Shown here one piece after another: positions 37,471-44,656 of a DNA stretch of 55,114 nt. The stretch is taken from positions 1 through 55,114 of the forward strand of contig JBBISL010000014.1 in the NCBI GenBank assembly GCA_037441285.1, read 5' to 3'. A model generated the notes under the pieces. The model saw only the letters and a program-made list of their open reading frames with translations. It did no database searches and was not told the origin of the DNA. The translations under genes and the position numbers were made by a program. The stretch comes from a candidate division WOR-3 bacterium. GTDB lineage: Bacteria > Hydrothermota > Tepidihabitantia > Tepidihabitantales > Tepidihabitantaceae. Each line of letters starts with the position of its first letter. Position 1 is the stretch's first letter.

Positions 37471-39555
37471 GTGAAAGATTATAAGGCAGAACAGATTCGT
37501 AATATCGGTTTTCTTGGACACGGCGGCTCGGGTAAGACCTCGTTGTGTGAGTCGCTACTCTTTACGATGAAGCAGAACAACCGCCTGGGTTCGGTTGATG
37601 CCGGTACATCGTTGCTTGATTATGATGAAGATGAGATTGCCCGGAAAATCAGTATTAACCTCTCTCTGGGATATGGTGAGTACCGGGATGTTCTGATAAA
37701 TCTTGTTGATACGCCAGGTTATGCGGACTTTTTTGGTAATGTTGTATCCGCGGTCCGGGCAATAGACTGTGCGGTGGTGGTTGTGGACGCAACCTCTGGT
37801 GTTGAGGTCGGTACCGAAATGGCATGGCGGCGGCTTGAAGAGTTGCAACTACCCCGGGTTGTTTTTATCAATAAATTAACAAGGGAAAATACCAGTTTTG
37901 ATACGATTGCCGAAGAGGTAAGAAAAATCTTTGGTAGTAAAGTCACCCCGGTGTACATTCCGATTGGAAAGGAAAGCGGATTAAAAGGGGTGGTAGACCT
38001 TTTGAACGATAAAGCCTATCTTTACGAAAATGGCACGCGCAAGGAAATTCCGGTACCGACCGAGATGAATGAGGCGATTCGCCATTGGAAAGAGCGATTG
38101 ATTGAGGCTGCCGCCGAGGTTGACGAAACCCTTATGGAAAAATTTCTTGAGGGAACTGAGATTACCCCGGACGAGATGCGGACCGCGGTGCGTCAGGGTA
38201 TTAAGGCAGGGGTGGTTTATCCGTTGATGGGTGGCGATGCGCTTACCCAGGTCGGTGTTGACCAGATACTGGACCTGGCGGTTGATGTTTTACCCAGCCC
38301 GATTGAGATTCCGGCGTTGAAAGGAACCCGGCTCGGAACCGATGAGGTAATTGAGATTAAACCCGAACCCGATGGTCCGGTGTGTGCGCTGGTGTTTAAG
38401 ACAATTTCCGAAGCCCATGTGGGTGATATGCACTATGTGCGAGTTTTTCGGGGGAAACTGGAGCCGGGTATGGTCGTGGTGAATGGTACGAACCAGCGGG
38501 ACGAGAAAATCAATCAGATTTACATTGTCAAAGGTAAGGAACGGAGTGAAGTGGTACGCTTGACAACGGGAATGATTGGGGCGCTGGTTAAGTTGCGCGA
38601 TACCCACACCGGCGACACCCTTTCTGACAAGAAGGCGCCGGTGCGGCTGGCACCGATTGTTTTCCCCAAGCCGTCAATTTCGGTTGCGATTGTTCCCCAG
38701 AGTAAAGGAGATGAAGAACGAGTTTCTAACGGACTCGCCCGACTCCATGAAGAGGACCCGACCTTTTCTTATGAATACAATGCCGAGTTAGGCCAGCAAT
38801 TGATTAACGGTATGGGCGAGTTGCATCTCGATGTGATTATCGGTCGGCTCAAACGGCGGTTCGATGTGAATGTCGATATCGAGAAACCACGAATTCCTTA
38901 TCGTGAAACGATTACCCGCAAAGCCGAAGCGCAGGGTAAGCACAAAAAGCAGACCGGTGGCAGAGGACAGTATGGCGATGTGTGGCTCAGAATCGAGCCC
39001 AAGGGCAGGGGTGAGGGTTTTGAGTTTGTCGATGAGATTTATGGCGGTGCAATACCGGCGAAGTACATCCCCTCAGTTGAAAAAGGGGTAATTGAGGCGA
39101 TGGAGAAGGGTGTACTTGCCGGGTACCGGATGATGGACATCAAAGCCACCGTGTACGACGGTTCCTATCACGAGGTCGACTCCTCGGATATCGCCTTTAA
39201 AATTGCGGGCGGTTTGGCATTCAAAAATGCCTGCGAGAAGGCGGGTGTGGTGCTGCTTGAGCCGATTATGAGGATTGAAGTGACCGTACCCGACCGCTAC
39301 ACCGGAGATGTGATTGGTGATTTGAACGCGCGCCGGGGCCGGATAATGGGTATGGAAATGCAGGGTGGCTTACAGGTAATCAAGGCGCAGGTGCCGCTTG
39401 CGGAAATGTATAAATACTCCAACAGTCTGCGCTCAATGACCCAAGGTCGAGGATTTTTCACGATGGAGTTTGACCATTACGAAGAGGTACCCCTCGAGAT
39501 TGTGGCAAAGATAATTGAAGAAACAAAACGGGTAAAAGAAGAGGCGAAGGAGTAA
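37471..39555 (+). CDS. fusA: Elongation factor G paralog (EF-G2 / EFG II type)
   Basis: GHGGSGKT, DTPGY, GMGELHL, YRETI, KKQTGGRGQYG, DGSYHEVDSS; stand-alone, not in an rpsL-rpsG operon. Confidence 0.93.
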   Translation: MKDYKAEQIRNIGFLGHGGSGKTSLCESLLFTMKQNNRLGSVDAGTSLLDYDEDEIARKISINLSLGYGEYRDVLINLVDTPGYADFFGNVVSAVRAIDCAVVVVDATSGVEVGTEMAWRRLEELQLPRVVFINKLTRENTSFDTIAEEVRKIFGSKVTPVYIPIGKESGLKGVVDLLNDKAYLYENGTRKEIPVPTEMNEAIRHWKERLIEAAAEVDETLMEKFLEGTEITPDEMRTAVRQGIKAGVVYPLMGGDALTQVGVDQILDLAVDVLPSPIEIPALKGTRLGTDEVIEIKPEPDGPVCALVFKTISEAHVGDMHYVRVFRGKLEPGMVVVNGTNQRDEKINQIYIVKGKERSEVVRLTTGMIGALVKLRDTHTGDTLSDKKAPVRLAPIVFPKPSISVAIVPQSKGDEERVSNGLARLHEEDPTFSYEYNAELGQQLINGMGELHLDVIIGRLKRRFDVNVDIEKPRIPYRETITRKAEAQGKHKKQTGGRGQYGDVWLRIEPKGRGEGFEFVDEIYGGAIPAKYIPSVEKGVIEAMEKGVLAGYRMMDIKATVYDGSYHEVDSSDIAFKIAGGLAFKNACEKAGVVLLEPIMRIEVTVPDRYTGDVIGDLNARRGRIMGMEMQGGLQVIKAQVPLAEMYKYSNSLRSMTQGRGFFTMEFDHYEEVPLEIVAKIIEETKRVKEEAKE

Positions 39556-39556
39556 A

Positions 39557-40222
39557 TCAGTAAATTTCGTACCAGGGACGCCGGACTCGTTTTCTGACCA
39601 GTAACGCAATCAAGACGCCACAGATAAAACCGCCAATGTGCACAAAATAAGCCACGCCACCACCGGTTCCGGGTGAAGAGGAGCAGCCGTACAGGATTTG
39701 GAACAGTATCCAGAATCCTAAGAGAAGTGAAGCGGGAAGGTAGATTAAACGGATAAAGAAAAAGAAGGGGACCAGAGTTAAAATTCGGGCACGCGGAAAG
39801 AAAACAAAATAGGCGCCCATTATTCCAGAAATTGCACCGGAGGCACCGATGGTAGGGATGCGCGAAAAGGGTGCGACCAACACCTGAAGTAGATTGCCGG
39901 TAAGTCCGGATATGATATAAACAAAGAGGTAGAAGAAATGGCCCAGGGCGTCTTCAACATTGTCACCAAATATCCAGAGATAGAGCATATTGCCCAGAAA
40001 GTGAAACCAACCGCCATGCATAAACATTGAACTGACAAGGGTCCAGAGGCTCTGCCCCTGAACGATTTTTGCCGGTATCATACCAAACTGCCTTATCTGC
40101 CATTCAAAAGCCTCCGGCGAACGGGTGAATTGTAATATCCAAACCACGGAACAGGTACCGATGAGAAAGTAGTTAATATAAGGCCGACGCCGGGACTTGA
40201 TGTCATCGTAAAGCGGAATCAT
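39557..40222 (-). CDS. Rhomboid intramembrane serine protease
   Basis: MIPLYD, H.GW.H..GNM..LWIFGDNVE, GASGAISG, HIGGF. Confidence 0.93.
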   Translation of the reverse strand: MIPLYDDIKSRRRPYINYFLIGTCSVVWILQFTRSPEAFEWQIRQFGMIPAKIVQGQSLWTLVSSMFMHGGWFHFLGNMLYLWIFGDNVEDALGHFFYLFVYIISGLTGNLLQVLVAPFSRIPTIGASGAISGIMGAYFVFFPRARILTLVPFFFFIRLIYLPASLLLGFWILFQILYGCSSSPGTGGGVAYFVHIGGFICGVLIALLVRKRVRRPWYEIY

Positions 40223-40716
40223 CGTTTTTTGGGAACAAGGAGCGCAATGCTGAGTGCGGCGATGCTCTTGCGGTTAAGGGCAATCATGGTGCCTTCGGTT
40301 GTCTTTGCCTTTAACCCAATGAGTGCTGGAGCGATTTTTAACTGTTTCGCAACATTCTCTCTAATTGCATTGACAAAGGGTGCAAGGCGCGGGATATCGG
40401 TGATGAGTATTGAGTCAATCTGTGCCACCTGCCAGCCCGACCGTTTGATTCGTTTCACAACGGTTTGTAACAATTTGGTACTACAGGCGTTTTGGTACTT
40501 CGGGTCACAGTCCGGGAACAGGGTGCCGATGTCGGGTAGCGCCAGTGCGCCGAGCAGGGCATCGATGATGGAATGAACGAGCACATCGGCATCAGAGTAG
40601 CCCATCAGGCCATAAGAACAGGGGATATTTATGCCGCCCAGTATCAAAGGGCGTCCTTTTTTTAGAAGATGGGCATCAAAACCGATACCGGCACGGTAGG
40701 GAAGAATATACTTCAA
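40219..40716 (-). CDS. ispF: 2-C-methyl-D-erythritol 2,4-cyclodiphosphate synthase
   Basis: GIGFDAH, LGG, SDADVLVHSIIDALLGA, DIGTLFPD, KAKTTE. Confidence 0.93.
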   Translation of the reverse strand: MKYILPYRAGIGFDAHLLKKGRPLILGGINIPCSYGLMGYSDADVLVHSIIDALLGALALPDIGTLFPDCDPKYQNACSTKLLQTVVKRIKRSGWQVAQIDSILITDIPRLAPFVNAIRENVAKQLKIAPALIGLKAKTTEGTMIALNRKSIAALSIALLVPKKR

Positions 40717-40861
40717 AGTGACTATATTTTACTCGTCTGGTCTTGATGGTCAAGGATTCGGGAAAGGCAAATTTCTTCTTGACAAAAGGGTTTCACGGTT
40801 GTTTAATTATATCGAGGTTGAGGTCGGCGGCAATTGGTTAGTGATAAAGAGGAGGTGTGAG

Positions 40862-41281
40862 ATGGCAGCGCGAGATGTCGATGAGCAGATTAAGCATGAC
40901 CATCTGATTAGTGTGCTGAGCAAACGGTATTATCATTACCCGAATCCGGCTCATCCGCATCTTATCACCTTTGCGAACCATCCTTTGAAGGCCAAAGCGG
41001 TTCGGGACGAAATGGGAAAAGAGTTGTTTCCGGACATCGTGGTTCTGAACGGCGAAACGGGTAAGTTGGTGATGATTGTTGAGGTTGAAACCGAAACGAC
41101 GGTTGAACAAGAGGAGGCGCAGGAATGGCAGAGGTTTGCGGCATTAGGGGCGAGGTTCTATCTTTATGTTCCCAAAGGCCTGGGTGCTCGGGCGGATATG
41201 TTGTGCCGCAATCTAACGGTAAGTGAAATTGTTCAATATTACTACGATGGCAAGCATTATGTCCTTGAGCGGTTTCGATAG
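40862..41281 (+). CDS. Hypothetical protein, possible PD-(D/E)xK nuclease-like fold
   Basis: SD GAGGAGG before ATG 40862; FPDIVV...IVEVET; FYLYVP. Confidence 0.7.
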   Translation: MAARDVDEQIKHDHLISVLSKRYYHYPNPAHPHLITFANHPLKAKAVRDEMGKELFPDIVVLNGETGKLVMIVEVETETTVEQEEAQEWQRFAALGARFYLYVPKGLGARADMLCRNLTVSEIVQYYYDGKHYVLERFR

Positions 41282-41438
41282 CAAAACGAGTCAGAACGGT
41301 TTGACAGGTTGAAACAATTTGACATTATGGTTTTGAAGTGTAGACTTGGAGCACAGGATAGTGTCGAGTCAAAGGTTTCGGGGTAACTCGGAACCGGACT
41401 CAAAGTCAGTAAATGATAAAAGCAGGAGGAAAGAAGAT

Positions 41439-44051
41439 ATGAGGAAAAATGTAGCGCTCCTTGCTCTGGTAAGTCTATTGGCACTGGTGTTTGCTGCCGG
41501 TTCCGATGTTACCACGAGCGACTTGAGCCCGAGTGCACCCCAGAAGGTAAAACTGTACTATGGCACTTATGGCTCAAACGACTATGTCTGGGGAACGGTA
41601 AATCCGTCGCTTCCGAACGATGCCTGGATGTTGCACAGCGAAATGCCAGGTATGATGATGGACAATACCTGCGCCACTGATGGCAACCATGTTTATGTCC
41701 TTGCCGGTTATGGCACCTCTAATGTGCTTTACCGGCATGCGATTGGTTCAACAACCTGGGAAACGATGGCGCCCTGTCCACTTGATATCTCTAATGGTGG
41801 TGCGGCAATCATTGGCGATACGCTCTATTACTGCTCCGGTTACTCCTATTCACTGAACACGACCGTTGACACGATGTTTAAGTACTGTATCAGCACCAAT
41901 ACCTGGACGAGTGGCCCTGGTCCTTTTTCCGGTACAACCTATAACTGGCAGCCGCTTGTATTAGCCTGTGGTGGAAAACTGTACTACATCAGCGGTTGCA
42001 ACCTGCCCGGAGCGTCCAACCCGACCCGTAATGTCTGGTGCTATACACCGGACAGTGGCTGGGCTCAGGTTGCCGATATGAACCAGGGCAGGGTTTTTGC
42101 GATGGGCTGTGTTTATCACGACACCATCTGGGTTACTGGTGGCTATCAGAACACGACCGTTTTGAACCACTCTGAGTTCTACGACCCGGTTGCCGATACC
42201 TGGACGGTTGACAACACCCGTTTTCCGCAGTTGCCGATTGCGACCTGGGCAGCAGCAAGCGGCAATGTTGGTCAGACGATGTTTGTCCATTCGGGTGTGA
42301 GTGCAGCGATGGCGCTGATGGATACCACTCAGTACTTTGATTTTGGTACAAGAAACTGGACTGTGACGCCCGGGGTACTATTAAAGGTTTACCGGGGTAC
42401 TGGTGTTGGTAATGCTGATGGCAAGGCGGTGGTTTATGGTGGTTCAATTGGTGGTTTTATACCCACCGACACCTGTCAGTATGAGGTTATTGCTACCGGT
42501 AATACCAACGATGTTGGCGTGATTCAGATTGTCAGTCCGGCGAGCGTGATTACCCCGGGTAACATCACCCCGCGGGCGAAGATTAAGAACTTCGGCACCG
42601 CTCCGCAGTCGGACATTCCGGTTTACTGCTGGATTGATTCCGGTGCTACCCGGGTGTACAACCAGAGTGTGACTTATCCTGGACCGCTGGCACCGGGTGC
42701 GACTGCTGATGTGGACTTCACACCGCAGTGGCAAGCGGTTGGGGGAACTTACAATGTCACGATGTTTACCGACCTGTCGGGAGATGAAGCCCGGGCGAAT
42801 GACACGCTGCGTGGTACTGCTCAGGTGATGCAGTATACGATTGACTGGTATCAGAGTGATACGATTCAACCCGACCGTGTTAGCCGGGTTGCCTGTGTCA
42901 ACGACGCCCAGGGCAATCTCCATGTTATCTGCGGCAACTGCTCCCCGCATACCTCCCATCCTTATGACCAGATTTATGATACAGTAACAAACACCTGGTC
43001 ACAGGGGTTGCAGCATCCAGCAGGTGGTGGTGTCGGAGTTCACAACCACGATGCGGTCATAATTGGTGATGTCATCTGGGTTGGTGGCGGTAGTTCAGGC
43101 AGCGGATTTTACAACTACCTTACCAAACTTGACCTCGGTGCCGGTACCTGGACGCAAGCCGCAGCAATGCCTCAGTCCAATCTGCTCTACTACTCGTTTG
43201 GTGAATATGCGGACTCGGGCTGGGTGTACTGTTTTGGCGGTTCACCGGGCGGAAACACGGGTCCAATTAACAACACTTATCGGTATGATTCATCAACTAA
43301 CTCCTGGACCGCGATGGCAAATATGCCTGATGTCCGACGCAATCCGATGGTAGCCCGTGTTGGCGACACCATCTATGTGATTGGTGGGATGTCAGCCAAT
43401 GACTACGCATCTACTCGTGGCACAGTGTGGAAGTACTCGGTTCTCGGCAACACCTGGACCGTGGCGGCTGATTCGATGCCTGACAAATTAGGCTGGGGTC
43501 GGGCGGTTGCTTATTCCTATTCGGGCGGAACATATATCTATGTATTTGGTGGTTATCGGAGCGGTTCAATTGTTAACGCCTGCTGGCGCTACGATGTGAA
43601 CAATCATACCTGGACTCAGGACCGCCCGCTTCTCAATGCGGTTCGTTCGCACGGTGGGTCGATTTCGGGAAACTACATCTGGGTTGCTGGTGGTTTCGGC
43701 ACCGCAATTATGCCCAATGTTCAGAAAGGTATCATTGCCCTTACCGGGGTTGAAGAAGGCAAACCGAGCATCAACTGGGATGGGATTGATGGTATCTCTC
43801 CAACACTGGTGCGGGATTTCTGCCGAATCAGTTACAATGTTCCTTCTACGGGCCGGGTAAATCTGACTGTTTACGATGCTTCGGGCTCACTGGTCAGGAC
43901 TCTGGTGAATGAGGTTTCAAACCCGGGTAATAAGACGGTTACCTGGGACCGGCGTGATGCTTCTGGAAAACGGGTGGCGAGTGGTACCTACTTCTACCGG
44001 CTGACAATCGATGGCAAGTCGGTTTCTGCCAAGGCGATAGTGCTTCAATAA
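41439..44051 (+). CDS. Secreted double-Kelch propeller protein with CARDB-like domain and FlgD/T9SS C-terminal domain
   Basis: SD AGGAGG; signal peptide; two sets of Kelch repeats (IYVIGG...Y...NTW); C-terminal YDASGSLVRTL...WDRRD..G..VASGTYF. Confidence 0.87.
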   Translation: MRKNVALLALVSLLALVFAAGSDVTTSDLSPSAPQKVKLYYGTYGSNDYVWGTVNPSLPNDAWMLHSEMPGMMMDNTCATDGNHVYVLAGYGTSNVLYRHAIGSTTWETMAPCPLDISNGGAAIIGDTLYYCSGYSYSLNTTVDTMFKYCISTNTWTSGPGPFSGTTYNWQPLVLACGGKLYYISGCNLPGASNPTRNVWCYTPDSGWAQVADMNQGRVFAMGCVYHDTIWVTGGYQNTTVLNHSEFYDPVADTWTVDNTRFPQLPIATWAAASGNVGQTMFVHSGVSAAMALMDTTQYFDFGTRNWTVTPGVLLKVYRGTGVGNADGKAVVYGGSIGGFIPTDTCQYEVIATGNTNDVGVIQIVSPASVITPGNITPRAKIKNFGTAPQSDIPVYCWIDSGATRVYNQSVTYPGPLAPGATADVDFTPQWQAVGGTYNVTMFTDLSGDEARANDTLRGTAQVMQYTIDWYQSDTIQPDRVSRVACVNDAQGNLHVICGNCSPHTSHPYDQIYDTVTNTWSQGLQHPAGGGVGVHNHDAVIIGDVIWVGGGSSGSGFYNYLTKLDLGAGTWTQAAAMPQSNLLYYSFGEYADSGWVYCFGGSPGGNTGPINNTYRYDSSTNSWTAMANMPDVRRNPMVARVGDTIYVIGGMSANDYASTRGTVWKYSVLGNTWTVAADSMPDKLGWGRAVAYSYSGGTYIYVFGGYRSGSIVNACWRYDVNNHTWTQDRPLLNAVRSHGGSISGNYIWVAGGFGTAIMPNVQKGIIALTGVEEGKPSINWDGIDGISPTLVRDFCRISYNVPSTGRVNLTVYDASGSLVRTLVNEVSNPGNKTVTWDRRDASGKRVASGTYFYRLTIDGKSVSAKAIVLQ
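42618..42646 (+). repeat. 29-nt exact direct repeat, copy 2
   Basis: Identical to 35984-36012. Confidence 0.9.
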
Positions 44052-44066
44052 CACCTCCTTATCTAC

Positions 44067-44100
44067 AAAAGGGGCTGCCATTGCACAGCCCCTTTTCTTT
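44067..44100 (+). terminator. Rho-independent terminator, possibly bidirectional
   Basis: AAAAGGGGCTG-loop-CAGCCCCTTTTCTTT. Confidence 0.88.
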
Positions 44101-44549
44101 TATCCGAACCAGAGTTAGAAAAGTTGCAGTTATTCTGCCATCTATTATTAGAGCCCAAAACGAATAAAAATTAACGGTGTTCTTTCAAGAATAACGGCTT
44201 AACCAGCGGAGTATCAACAGGAAAGGTCTATACCTGATACCGTCTGGGGAACGACCCACTCCGCCCTTTCCGGGATGGTATCAGGTAGCGGGGCTGGTAT
44301 GATGTTGCCAACTGAGGATATCTGAGCATTAAGTTATGGTAGCGTAACTGGTTATCGGTAAATTGTAAAATTTACATCAGCGAGGGGCTTGAATGTAATT
44401 TTGCCCGGCGTGCCTTTCTTTGCCAGCCTGTCTTTTTTCTAATTGCTGTTAGGGGCGGTTTTAGACGACGGTTATAAATCAGGTTCTTTATCGGCACTCA
44501 GGAATAAAAATAAAGGGGAGTGGTAATAACGATTAACCCTAACCCAAAA

Positions 44550-44622
44550 CTCCAGCGGCAGGGCTCGAACCTGCGACCCTCCGGTTAACAGCCGGATGCT
44601 CTACCAATTGAGCTACGCTGGA
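44550..44622 (-). tRNA. tRNA-Asn(GTT), no encoded CCA
   Basis: TCCAGCGTAGCTCAATTGG...TCCGG-CTGTTAA-CCGGA...GTTCGAGCC...CGCTGGAG; U1-A72. Confidence 0.96.
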
Positions 44623-44656
44623 ACAGAGTAAAATATACCGAATAAAATGACGAAAA

